From assembly GCA_017992555.1 (NCBI GenBank), contig JAGOOK010000001.1:100134-164133 (forward strand): DNA of 64,000 nucleotides, given 5' to 3'. This document shows, in pieces, positions 27,369 to 35,995 of the stretch; the stretch's first letter is position 1; each line of letters begins with the position of its first letter. The position numbers and the translations under genes were made by a program. The notes under the pieces were generated by a model, which saw nothing but the letters and a program-made list of their open reading frames with translations, did no database searches and was not told where the DNA came from. This DNA comes from Caldisericia bacterium. Its GTDB lineage: Bacteria; Caldisericota; Caldisericia; JAAYUI01.

Positions 27369-29227
27369 TCAAAAGGAGCTTTATTGTCGGAACGGCAGGA
27401 CACGTTGACCACGGGAAATCAACCCTTGTCACAAGACTGACTGGCACTGATCCCGACAGGCTCCCTGAAGAAAAAGCCAGGCAGATGACAATCGAGCTTG
27501 GTTTTGCAAAGCTAGATCTTCCCTCTGGAAGAATGTGCGGAATCGTTGATGTGCCAGGCCATGAGAAACTGGTCAAGCAGATGCTCATGGGCGCACAGGG
27601 GTTTGACCTGGTAATGTTCACTGTTGCATGCGATGAAGGGCCAAAACGCCAAACCTATGAACATCTGTCAATCCTGGACATGATTGGGATCCGGGTTGGT
27701 GTTATTGTTCTGACAAAATGTGATTTGCCCCACGACGATGCAATTTTGCAATCACAACTCGATTCAATGCTTGCAAATACCTCTCTTGAGGCAATGCCAA
27801 GAATAAAGGTTTCAGCCTACACTGGGGAAGGGATAGACAAACTCAGGCAAGCTATCGATGATCTGCTTGACCATGCTACCCCAAGACCTCTTAATATGCC
27901 AGCATTCTATCCAGTTGATAGAGTATTTACGGTCAAAGGTTTTGGAATAGTGACCACCGGTACTCTCTGGCAGGGCCAGGTAAAAAAAGGCGAAGAATTA
28001 GAGATTTTCCCATCAAGGGGAAAAGGGAAGTTGAGGGGAATAGAGAGTTTTGATGCCCAGATTGAAACTGGTGATGCTGGTTCAAGGCTTGCCCTCAATT
28101 TTCAAAACCTCGACAAAGAAGACATCACAAGGGGAAACATTCTTGCCACCCCTGGGAGATTTGACCCAACAACAGAATTTGACGCAAAAATTCGTCTCAT
28201 CGAAAAAGTGAAGAGGCGGACAAGGCTCAAGTTCCACTATGCCACCATAGAGCAGGAAGTTGATTACAGCGACATAGGCGGCGGCTATGCAAGAATAAAA
28301 CTGGAAGGGCCACTCCCCCTTACAAAAGGTTCCAGATTCATTTTAAGGTCTATTGCCCCAGCAGATACAGTTGGTGGTGGTGAGGTTGTTGATCTTCACC
28401 CAAAAGGTAAGCTCAACGCCCCGGAAACGCTCCAGAGACTTGAAAACATCGGCCAGATCGACGATGAAAATTATCTTTCGAGGGTAATTCTTGAGCATGG
28501 GGAATCAGGCTTTGAAGTGTCCAAGCTCAGAGGACTTGTAAACTGGCCAGATGACAGGTTTGCATTGTTTCTCAAAAATGGCCCACATAAGACAATATCC
28601 GGCAATCTCTATGACAACAATGTTTTTGATTCATCATCAGTAAGGCTTGGCAAATTGATTGCAGATTTCTTCAAATCAAACCCGTCCAGGAACTCCATTT
28701 CAAAAAGTGAAGCAAAAGCCAAGCTGATGCCTGAAGTAAACGAAAATCTTTTTTCAGAAATTCTTTTGACTGCCGTAAAAGAGCCATTGCGCATGGTTGG
28801 TCAGGAGATATCCCTTTCAAACCAGGTTATACAAAAATCACAGATCGAGATTGGGGTAGAGAGGGAACTCCTTAGAGACATGCTCTCTCCTCCAACCCTC
28901 TCAGAACTCAGAAAAATACCTGCCTTTTCCAGAAACCTGCGTGAAACCGAAGCGGCAATTTCAAAAATGATCGCGGAGAAGATAATAATCAAATCTGTAG
29001 ATGACCTTTTCTTCCACAAAAAAGCTGTGGTAAAAGCTTATTTAATAATGAAGATGCTCATAGAAAAAGATGGTTCAGTCAAACTCGCACAGTACAGGGA
29101 CGAAGTTGGGACAACTAGAAAGTATGCCCAGGCAATGCTGGAGCTGCTTGATGCCCTTGGCTTGACAAGAAGAGTAGGTGAAACCAGAGTGCTTGGCTAT
29201 AAGACTCTTGACATTGGTGGTAAATAG
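27365..29227 (+). CDS. selB: selenocysteine-specific translation elongation factor SelB
   Basis: The ORF begins at 27347. I prefer ATG 27365, which overlaps the prfB stop (ATGA). GTPase motifs AGHVDHGKSTL, DVPGHEKL and TKCDL, EF-Tu-like domains II and III, and a long C-terminal winged-helix region typical of bacterial SelB. Confidence 0.9.
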   Translation: MIKRSFIVGTAGHVDHGKSTLVTRLTGTDPDRLPEEKARQMTIELGFAKLDLPSGRMCGIVDVPGHEKLVKQMLMGAQGFDLVMFTVACDEGPKRQTYEHLSILDMIGIRVGVIVLTKCDLPHDDAILQSQLDSMLANTSLEAMPRIKVSAYTGEGIDKLRQAIDDLLDHATPRPLNMPAFYPVDRVFTVKGFGIVTTGTLWQGQVKKGEELEIFPSRGKGKLRGIESFDAQIETGDAGSRLALNFQNLDKEDITRGNILATPGRFDPTTEFDAKIRLIEKVKRRTRLKFHYATIEQEVDYSDIGGGYARIKLEGPLPLTKGSRFILRSIAPADTVGGGEVVDLHPKGKLNAPETLQRLENIGQIDDENYLSRVILEHGESGFEVSKLRGLVNWPDDRFALFLKNGPHKTISGNLYDNNVFDSSSVRLGKLIADFFKSNPSRNSISKSEAKAKLMPEVNENLFSEILLTAVKEPLRMVGQEISLSNQVIQKSQIEIGVERELLRDMLSPPTLSELRKIPAFSRNLRETEAAISKMIAEKIIIKSVDDLFFHKKAVVKAYLIMKMLIEKDGSVKLAQYRDEVGTTRKYAQAMLELLDALGLTRRVGETRVLGYKTLDIGGK

Positions 29228-29251
29228 TATTAGTGTCTCCCTTCTGATCGC

Positions 29252-29343
29252 GGGAGCGGTTGGGCTCTGGTGGGCCTCCTGGACTTCAAATCCAGTGTGG
29301 GGTGAACTCCCCGGGTAGGTTCGATTCCTATGCGCTCCCGCCA
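29252..29343 (+). tRNA. selC: tRNA-Sec (anticodon TCA), CCA encoded
   Basis: 92 nt, aligning arm for arm with E. coli selC: acceptor GGGAGCGG/GCGCTCCC (8 positions, the last a G:G mismatch), 6-bp D-stem GGGCTC/GGGCCT with 4-nt loop TGGT, anticodon arm CTGGA-CTTCAAA-TCCAG, long variable arm GTGGGGTGAACTCCCCGG, T-arm GTAGG-TTCGATT-CCTAT, then G and CCA. Lies 24 nt after selB. Confidence 0.88.
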
Positions 29344-29362
29344 ATTACACTAGAGGTGAAGC

Positions 29363-30013
29363 ATGAACATCATTGTGATTGGTTGTGGGAGGGTCGGTTC
29401 GGCGCTTGCAACCATTTTGTCTGTGGACGGTCACAACGTTTCAGTTATAGATGAAGACGAGTCTGCATTTGACAAACTTCCTCAAAGTTTTTGTGGCAAA
29501 AAGGTCGTTGGTATTGGTTTTGATTCCCAAACGCTCATAGAGGCAGGGATAGAAAAAACGGATGCGGTAGCAATTGTGACCCCATCTGACAACACCAACA
29601 TCATGGTTGCAGAAACTGTGAAATCAGTCTTTGGTGTAAAAAATGTTGTCGCAAGGATTTATGCACCCAGGAAGAAAAGAACCTATGACCGATTGAACCT
29701 CAGGTCTGTTTGCCCGACAACTTTGGGCGCCTACCAGATATATGCAGAACTACTCAGCTCCATGGTTGAATCAAAATTGCCACTCAACAATGGCGATTTT
29801 GAGCTGCTTGAGATACCAGCGTCCTCGGTGGATGAAGAAGAAACAAGGAGCTTTGAAAAAGAAAGTGGATCAAAGATAGTCGGCGCAAGAACGGGCACAA
29901 GGGTTGTTTTCCCATGGCTTGGTGAAAAGCTTGATGACGTTAGATCGTGGATAATCCTTGCACCTACCAGCCACCTTCGTTCAATAGTTGATTCGATTGT
30001 GGGAGGTGTGTGA
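29363..30013 (+). CDS. trkA: Trk/Ktr potassium uptake regulatory subunit (RCK: TrkA-N plus TrkA-C), half-size
   Basis: 216-aa ORF. Rossmann motif IIVIGCGRVGSALA and a C-terminal TrkA-C-like domain. RBS GAGGTG. ATG lies 19 nt after tRNA-Sec. Confidence 0.85.
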   Translation: MNIIVIGCGRVGSALATILSVDGHNVSVIDEDESAFDKLPQSFCGKKVVGIGFDSQTLIEAGIEKTDAVAIVTPSDNTNIMVAETVKSVFGVKNVVARIYAPRKKRTYDRLNLRSVCPTTLGAYQIYAELLSSMVESKLPLNNGDFELLEIPASSVDEEETRSFEKESGSKIVGARTGTRVVFPWLGEKLDDVRSWIILAPTSHLRSIVDSIVGGV

Positions 30014-30681
30014 TGTACATGGTCATTGTTGGTGGAGGAAAAGTAGGCTCCAATCTGGCAAAAATTCTCATTGCGCACAAGCACCAGGTCGCCATCATAG
30101 AAGCCGATGAAGACCACTGTAAAAAAGTTGCCCAGTCAACGAGTGCCCTTGTAATTCGCGGTGACGGAACAGAAATAAAATATCTGGAAGAAGCAAATGC
30201 TGGGGCAGCAGATATTCTTGTTGCAGTGACTGGTTCTGATGAGGACAACCTCGTTGCCTGCCAGCTTGCGAAAGCAGCTTTTGGAATCAAAAAAGTCATC
30301 GCAAGGGTGAATAATCCATTGAACGATCCTGTATTCCAGGCACTCAAAATTGATGTCATATTTGACAGTACACTCATTCTGGCAAAACTCATCCACGAGG
30401 GACTTGGTATTCAAGACCTCATCAATCTTACTCCCATTGCAAAAGGTAAACTGAGAGTCCTCGAAACAACTATATGTAATCGCCAGATTGAAGACATACC
30501 ACTCATTGAGCTTGGGTTGATAAAAAAAGGTATCCTCGTGGTTTCTGTGGTAAGGGGTGATGAAGTTTTCATACCCCATGGTGCAACAAAGCTGAAAGCT
30601 GGTGACCAAATCACTGTCGTTCTTTCACCAGAAGCAGAACCAGAATTGACGGAGATACTTACAACATGCAAGACGGATTGA
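30013..30681 (+). CDS. trkA: Trk/Ktr potassium uptake regulatory subunit (second RCK protein)
   Basis: MYMVIVGGGKVGSNLAKIL ... DEDNLVACQLAK ... TrkA-C (LIELGLIKKGILVVSVVRGDEVFIPHGATKLKAGDQITV). GGGAGG lies 6 nt upstream of ATG 30013, which overlaps the previous stop. Confidence 0.85.
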   Translation: MYMVIVGGGKVGSNLAKILIAHKHQVAIIEADEDHCKKVAQSTSALVIRGDGTEIKYLEEANAGAADILVAVTGSDEDNLVACQLAKAAFGIKKVIARVNNPLNDPVFQALKIDVIFDSTLILAKLIHEGLGIQDLINLTPIAKGKLRVLETTICNRQIEDIPLIELGLIKKGILVVSVVRGDEVFIPHGATKLKAGDQITVVLSPEAEPELTEILTTCKTD

Positions 30682-30842
30682 TATTTGAAAGTAATGGTCA
30701 AACCCGCAAAGTCACCAGGCAAAAACGCAGAAATATCTTCAAAGAAATAGCGGCCGGCTTTTCTGCGGAATTTCTGTTTGCAACATTATTAATGCTCTGG
30801 CTGGTGGCACTGGCGGCGTTTTTCTTTTTCTTGGTGAAATGA
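30666..30842 (+). CDS. 58-aa putative small membrane protein between trkA and trkH
   Basis: Below the track's size cut-off; translated by hand as MQDGLIFESNGQTRKVTRQKRRNIFKEIAAGFSAEFLFATLLMLWLVALAAFFFFLVK. It has a basic N-terminus and one C-terminal TM helix. It overlaps the trkA end by 16 nt, and its stop lies 1 nt before the trkH ATG. Confidence 0.4.
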   Translation: MQDGLIFESNGQTRKVTRQKRRNIFKEIAAGFSAEFLFATLLMLWLVALAAFFFFLVK

Positions 30843-30843
30843 C

Positions 30844-32364
30844 ATGATCAGAAAACTCACACTCATGGATTTCAAATCAATAATGTATTACACCGGCATG
30901 GTAATGCTTGGCGTTGCCATTACAATGTTTATTCCGCTCATCATTGCCCTGATCTATGGGGAATTTGACAGCGCAATCGATTTTGGAATAGGAATTGTAG
31001 CATCGGCTTTGTTTGGTCTTGTCTGCACAAAATATCTTAAATCAGGCAAGTCTTCAAATCTCTTCCAGTCAATGGTTGTGGCGGCTTTTTCATGGCTTGT
31101 AGCTTGTGCTTTTTGCGCAATACCGTATTACCTTTCGGGTCACTATGGCTCTTTTCTTGATGCGTATTTTGATTTGATGTCAGGATTTACGACAACTGGT
31201 CTTGTTCTAATAAAAGATGTTGATCATGCGAGCAACGCTCTCAATATGTGGCGACATCTTGTGACTTACATCGGTGGACAGGGAATAGTTGTTCTGGCGT
31301 TGAGCTTCCTCATCAAAAATACTGGTGGAGCTTACAAAATAATGGTTGGTGAGGGCAAGGACGAGGCCCTTGAGCCATCAATCAAGAAGACCTCCCAGAA
31401 CATCTGGATAATATCGCTGGTCAGTCTTTTCGTTGGCACTCTGCTCATAGCAGTTGCGGGATATAAAGACGGACTAGCCTGGGACAGGAGCATCCTTCAT
31501 GGCTCGTGGATGTTCATGTCCGCCTGGAGCACCGGTGGTTTCGCGCCAGGAACCCAGAATCTGGCGTTCTACCACTCTTATATGTACGAATACCTCATGG
31601 CAGTATTCATGATAATAGGCTCTTTCAACTTTGCCCTCCACTATGCTGTCTGGACTGGAAAAATAAGGGAGCTCAAAAAAAATATAGAAATTGTATCGTT
31701 TGTGGTAACGCTTACAATCACCGCTGCGATGGTGGCCTGGGGCCTCAAGGAATCTGGGCTTTTCACTGGGCTCAACGCCGTAGTCAGGAGAGGATTGTTT
31801 ATGGTCATCTCTGCCCACACCACAACTGGCCAGATGACTGTTTATGCTCTCCAGATGGTCCACAGCTGGCAACCGCTGGCCTACATGGGGCTTTGCATAG
31901 CCATGATGATTGGTGGATCTGCAGCATCAACTGCTGGAGGCTTCAAAGGAATGAGGATAGGCCTTGTTTTCAAGGGCATAATGTTTGAAATCAAAAAACT
32001 CATCATGCCTGAATCTGCTGTTGCAAACATGACCTTCCACCACATAAAAGACCAGGTCCTGGAGTCTGGGCTTGTCAAATCAGCTGCCCTCATAATAATC
32101 TGCTACTGTTTCATATATGCTCTGGGGACCGTTGTAGGCGTGGCATACGGATACCCAATTGCACAATCAGCTTTCGAGGCCATATCGGCAGGTTCAAACA
32201 CTGGTCTCACAATAGGAGTTACCGCACCATCAATGCCGGCCCTTCTTAAAATAACGTATATCTTGCTAATGTGGCTTGGCAGGCTTGAGTTTTTGTCCAT
32301 TTTTGTGCTCATTGGGAGTGTCGGATTGGCAGTTGGCCAAGCTTTCAAGGGGGGAAGAAGATGA
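30844..32364 (+). CDS. trkH: Trk-type potassium transporter membrane subunit
   Basis: 506-aa polytopic ORF with repeated pore-loop-like segments (MSGFTTTGL, AWSTGGFAPG, SAHTTTGQ, AGSNTGLT) characteristic of the TrkH/KtrB family. Confidence 0.9.
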   Translation: MIRKLTLMDFKSIMYYTGMVMLGVAITMFIPLIIALIYGEFDSAIDFGIGIVASALFGLVCTKYLKSGKSSNLFQSMVVAAFSWLVACAFCAIPYYLSGHYGSFLDAYFDLMSGFTTTGLVLIKDVDHASNALNMWRHLVTYIGGQGIVVLALSFLIKNTGGAYKIMVGEGKDEALEPSIKKTSQNIWIISLVSLFVGTLLIAVAGYKDGLAWDRSILHGSWMFMSAWSTGGFAPGTQNLAFYHSYMYEYLMAVFMIIGSFNFALHYAVWTGKIRELKKNIEIVSFVVTLTITAAMVAWGLKESGLFTGLNAVVRRGLFMVISAHTTTGQMTVYALQMVHSWQPLAYMGLCIAMMIGGSAASTAGGFKGMRIGLVFKGIMFEIKKLIMPESAVANMTFHHIKDQVLESGLVKSAALIIICYCFIYALGTVVGVAYGYPIAQSAFEAISAGSNTGLTIGVTAPSMPALLKITYILLMWLGRLEFLSIFVLIGSVGLAVGQAFKGGRR

Positions 32365-32915
32365 GGCGCTATATCGCGATATTGACTCTGGCAGTCATTG
32401 TTCTGGTGCCGCAAACAACTTTTGCTTCTTCTTCACCAATCTATTCCCCAACGGACCTGATCACAAAAGCCCTTGAGCTTGATGGAAAAACCATCACTGT
32501 GCGTGGAGAGGCAATTACTGAAGCTCTTGAACGCAAGGATGAGTACTCATGGGTAAATATATTTGACGGCTCTTCTGCGATAGGCGTCTGGATGAAAAAT
32601 GACCTAAAGGACCAGATAAAAAATTATGGGACAAATCTCGTCAAAGGCGATATTGTAGAGATTACAGGCAAGTTTTTCAGAAACGATCCAGAGGCAGATG
32701 GCGAGCTTGATCTAAGGGCAGACTCACTGAAGATTGTGGAAAATGGCTATCCAACGCCAGAAAAAATAGATCCGTTAAAAGTTATCACTCTAGTGATACT
32801 ATCTCTTGTCGTTCTGCTTCTCTTGATCGACAACATATACAAAAACAAGAAAAAAACACAGGAGAAAAAAGAAGGCTTCGAGATAGAAAATGCTATCCAC
32901 GAAGAACTTGAATAA
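32361..32915 (+). CDS. secreted, C-terminally membrane-anchored hypothetical protein (OB-fold-like core)
   Basis: 184 aa. Signal peptide MRRYIAILTLAVIVLVPQTTFASS, a beta-rich core (GKTITVRGEAI ... GDIVEITGKFF), a C-terminal TM helix (VITLVILSLVVLLLLI) and a charged tail. ATGA overlap with trkH. Confidence 0.5.
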   Translation: MRRYIAILTLAVIVLVPQTTFASSSPIYSPTDLITKALELDGKTITVRGEAITEALERKDEYSWVNIFDGSSAIGVWMKNDLKDQIKNYGTNLVKGDIVEITGKFFRNDPEADGELDLRADSLKIVENGYPTPEKIDPLKVITLVILSLVVLLLLIDNIYKNKKKTQEKKEGFEIENAIHEELE

Positions 32916-32916
32916 A

Positions 32917-33117
32917 TCATTCTTCTTCGATTGATTTCCTGATTCTCTCGGCGTCTTCTTCGGTTATTTTTCCTTCTTTTAGCGCTCTCTCAACATTTTC
33001 AAGTATTTCCTTGTTTTCTGGTTCTTCTTTTGGATTTCTCCTGCCATACCACAGGACAAACACAAGAGCTACCGCAATTGGCACAATTATCAGTGGCAAT
33101 ATCCAGAGTATCATCAT
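32917..33117 (-). CDS. small membrane protein with SHOCT-like C-terminus
   Basis: 66 aa. An N-terminal TM helix, then ILENVERALKEGKITEEDAERIRKSI, which resembles the short SHOCT motif. Confidence 0.45.
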   Translation of the reverse strand: MMILWILPLIIVPIAVALVFVLWYGRRNPKEEPENKEILENVERALKEGKITEEDAERIRKSIEEE

Positions 33118-33121
33118 GACT

Positions 33122-33160
33122 AAATTAAAACGGGCCCTGACCTTTTGGTCAAGGGCCCGC
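33122..33160 (-). terminator. rho-independent terminator after the 156-aa membrane protein gene
   Basis: CGGGCCCTGACC-tttt-GGTCAAGGGCCCG hairpin (33131-33159). On the minus strand it is followed by a T-rich run (gttttaattt). Confidence 0.65.
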
Positions 33161-33186
33161 TGGAAATTATTTCTTCTACTCTCGAA

Positions 33187-33657
33187 TCAGGCAACGTTCA
33201 TCTGGTCTTTTATCCAGGCAAACACAGCCCCAAAAACACCAAGGCCAATGATATAAAAAATTGTAAGGATAATCAGCCATATATCATTTCCAACGCCAAA
33301 ACCCATCCCAGCCATTGCATGTCCGAACGGCGTAAAACCAAAATGGAGAAGAAGTCCAAAAATCAAATCAAGTATAAAAAATACCACACCATACAAGATT
33401 CCCACCATGGCGCCCTTGTCCCAGCCCTTGCTTATGTCTTTCCAGCAATACATGAGCCCACCCCAAGTCAGAGCGGTCATAAACAGGGCAGAAAAAGCCG
33501 TGCCAACGTAGGTTCCAAAAATACTAAATAATCTTGAAATAAGCATCAGTCCAAAACCAAGGATCAGGGCCTTTATGATATGGACAGTGCCCTTTTTTAT
33601 ATGAATGTCTGTTGTACCCTTGCTCATAAACTCTTCTTTCATTGTGTTGACGTCCAT
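33187..33657 (-). CDS. polytopic membrane protein, unknown family (paralogue A)
   Basis: 156 aa with about 4 TM helices. Clear similarity to the 128-aa neighbour: YCWKDISKG..GAMVGILYGVVFFILDLIF versus YAMKDVKGLADGIVTGLIYAIIFAIVTIIF, and C-termini GAVFAWIKDQ versus GGMLGWINEQ. Confidence 0.6.
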   Translation of the reverse strand: MDVNTMKEEFMSKGTTDIHIKKGTVHIIKALILGFGLMLISRLFSIFGTYVGTAFSALFMTALTWGGLMYCWKDISKGWDKGAMVGILYGVVFFILDLIFGLLLHFGFTPFGHAMAGMGFGVGNDIWLIILTIFYIIGLGVFGAVFAWIKDQMNVA

Positions 33658-33749
33658 AAATTCCTCCTTATTTGGTTTGTATTGTTAAATAATATGGGAA
33701 ATAACCCTGAACATAATTTACAAAGAATTTACAAGTATCAGTGGTTTGA

Positions 33750-33792
33750 TAAAAAAAATGGGTCGCCATTTTCTGGCGACCCATTTTGTGTT
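33750..33792 (-). terminator. rho-independent (bidirectional-looking) terminator after the 128-aa membrane protein gene
   Basis: ATGGGTCGCC (33758-33767), loop attttct, GGCGACCCAT (33775-33784). Flanked by an A8 tract on the plus strand (a T8 tail on the minus strand) and by TTTTGTGTTT. Confidence 0.78.
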
Positions 33793-33809
33793 TCTAAGGT
33801 ATTCTGAAA

Positions 33810-34196
33810 TTACTTCTGTTCGTTTATCCAGCCGAGCATTCCACCGAAGAGTGCGATGCCAACGAGATCGCCCCACCAGCCTGGCCAGCCAAAGAACGCG
33901 CCATAATCACCAGTGAACACCATGAATGGGAAGGTTCCGCCCCAGCCAATGTAGTGGAAAATTATCGTTACGATAGCAAAAATTATCGCGTAGATAAGGC
34001 CAGTTACGATACCATCTGCAAGTCCCTTAACATCTTTCATTGCATACACAAAGAGACCAAAGACCCAGAGGAACATGAGGATTATGTTTAAAAATCCGCC
34101 AACTCCCCCGCCAATCTGTGCAAAAAGCCAGCTCAAAACAATCCACCCAATAGAGATCAACAGTGCATAAATAATGTGCTTTACGTCAAATTTCAT
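33810..34196 (-). CDS. polytopic membrane protein, unknown family (paralogue B)
   Basis: 128 aa, about 4 TM helices, Gly/Trp-rich C-terminal half. Paralogous to 33187-33657. Confidence 0.6.
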   Translation of the reverse strand: MKFDVKHIIYALLISIGWIVLSWLFAQIGGGVGGFLNIILMFLWVFGLFVYAMKDVKGLADGIVTGLIYAIIFAIVTIIFHYIGWGGTFPFMVFTGDYGAFFGWPGWWGDLVGIALFGGMLGWINEQK

Positions 34197-34417
34197 TTCA
34201 ATAAACCTCCTCTTATTTTTATTTCAGAGCTTTCTACCCTGATACCACCTTTGATGTTCTTAACTTTCAAAAGGTTACACTTAATGATCATGTTGCCAAA
34301 AAATACTTGAAATGATATTTGGCCATTGGGTCCCCAAAGAGGACCCATTTCAATAAAAGATATTAACCAACCTTGTTTGAGAAGGTCATTTAATGTTATA
34401 TAATTATCCGGGCTCAC

Positions 34418-35995
34418 ATGAAAAAAATCTCGACAGCGATACTACTTACAGCAATCTTTCTTGCAGGCTGTGTTGCTCCAGGCCAGGAAACACCCGTAAA
34501 ACCGGCAACAAGCCCAAAAGTCGCCACCAATGATTTCTTCCCGCTTGGTTGGTTCACCTCCCTTAGCAAGGATGAAATTGGCGGCCTTAAAAATGTTGGG
34601 GCCAATTTTGCCATTACCTATGTTCTCTCCGGAAGACTAAAAAAAGAACTGCTCTCGGACGTACTTGATGAGGCCGAGAGAAAAAACATAAAGGTGCTCC
34701 TTGATGTCACATCAGACTGGAAGTGGTTTGATGACGACATGCCAATACCGAACGATCCTATTGGTGACTGGAACTGGAGTCTTGATCATGCTTACTCGAA
34801 AAGGGCAAGCCACCATGGCGGATGGAACGATGAACTGAATACCCATGGTTTCATAATGCCCGAGACCGGCTATCCTGCAATGAACGTGCAGGACCATGAC
34901 ATGATAGAACAGTGGGTCTACATACCTTCAAAAAATGACGTGAAAGAATTGATGATCGAGTTTTACGCTTCAAAGGGAGGACCATCATTCAGCTGGAACC
35001 ACAGGGTATACTGGGGCGAAGACCTCATAAAAAGGGGCGATCCGAAAGAGAAAGAGACCATCAGTCCCTTTAGGGCTGGCGATCTCCCAAAAGAAAGAGA
35101 CAAGTGGGTAAAGCTGATTTTCAGGGCCAATGATATAAATCTTGATGCCACCCTCGTTCGCGGTGTCAATTTCATCAATTATGGCTCGCAAGTCTACTGG
35201 GATCTTATGACCAGAAGGACCGGCAAAGAGCGCATACAGGAAAGGGTTAATTATCTAAAAGGCAAAAAAGCCCTTTTTGGCTGGTATCTATGCGATGAAC
35301 CAGAGTTGAGAAACATTGACCCACCAAGGCTCAAAGAGATTTATGACCAGATAAAGGAAGTCGACCAGGAGCATATAATCGCCCCCGTGTTTCAGGACTG
35401 GAAGGTCATGGAGCAATATAGAGACTCCTGCGACATCTTCTTCCTGGACTGCTATCCTATAACAGTAAAGAGCAGGAGCATGGACTGGATGACCCAATGG
35501 GTAGTGGAAGGCGCAAGGGTTGCCGCAAAGTATAGGAAACCGTTTGTTTTTGTGCCCCAGGGGTTTGGCGATGCGCCAGAGTACCCGCTCTGGGCAATGC
35601 CCACAAAGCACGAGCTCAGGTGGATGACCTGGACGCCCGTTATCCTTGGCGCAAGAGGCATCTGCTACTGGGCCTATTACAAAGCATCAAAAGAAATCGC
35701 TGAGGAATCGGGAAAGCTTTTCAAGGAGATTGGTTTGTATAAGGATTTTTTGACAAAAGGCACACCAGTGACCGGCCTTTCTTCAAGCATCACCTCCGAC
35801 AGTGATTTTGATGGAAATCCCGACCTCATGTACAGCGCCTATGATTTTGCAGGGAAACGCCTCTTGATGGTTTCAAACGGAACCTCAAGAAAGTTTGACA
35901 AGGTGAAGTTGGTGGGGCCAGGATACGAGAAAGATTTTGATCTTGAGCCTTATGGGGTCAAGATAATCATGGAAAATTTGGAGGACAACAGATGA
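34418..35995 (+). CDS. lipoprotein, TIM-barrel glycoside-hydrolase-like (function uncertain)
   Basis: 525 aa. Lipobox signal MKKISTAILLTAIFLAGC. Blocks such as FGWYLCDEPEL ... DIFFLDCYPI ... FVFVPQGFGD recall GH5/GH42-type barrels, but I cannot assign a family by eye. Confidence 0.5.
   Translation: MKKISTAILLTAIFLAGCVAPGQETPVKPATSPKVATNDFFPLGWFTSLSKDEIGGLKNVGANFAITYVLSGRLKKELLSDVLDEAERKNIKVLLDVTSDWKWFDDDMPIPNDPIGDWNWSLDHAYSKRASHHGGWNDELNTHGFIMPETGYPAMNVQDHDMIEQWVYIPSKNDVKELMIEFYASKGGPSFSWNHRVYWGEDLIKRGDPKEKETISPFRAGDLPKERDKWVKLIFRANDINLDATLVRGVNFINYGSQVYWDLMTRRTGKERIQERVNYLKGKKALFGWYLCDEPELRNIDPPRLKEIYDQIKEVDQEHIIAPVFQDWKVMEQYRDSCDIFFLDCYPITVKSRSMDWMTQWVVEGARVAAKYRKPFVFVPQGFGDAPEYPLWAMPTKHELRWMTWTPVILGARGICYWAYYKASKEIAEESGKLFKEIGLYKDFLTKGTPVTGLSSSITSDSDFDGNPDLMYSAYDFAGKRLLMVSNGTSRKFDKVKLVGPGYEKDFDLEPYGVKIIMENLEDNR

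Noticed and set aside
34193-34417. A 74-aa minus-strand ORF filling the gap between the 128-aa membrane protein gene and the lipoprotein gene.
   Set aside because: It has no RBS and an odd composition. It occupies what looks like the divergent promoter region, which is AT-rich and contains TATAAT near 34398 and a 7-bp hairpin TGGGTCC/GGACCCA. It is probably non-coding.
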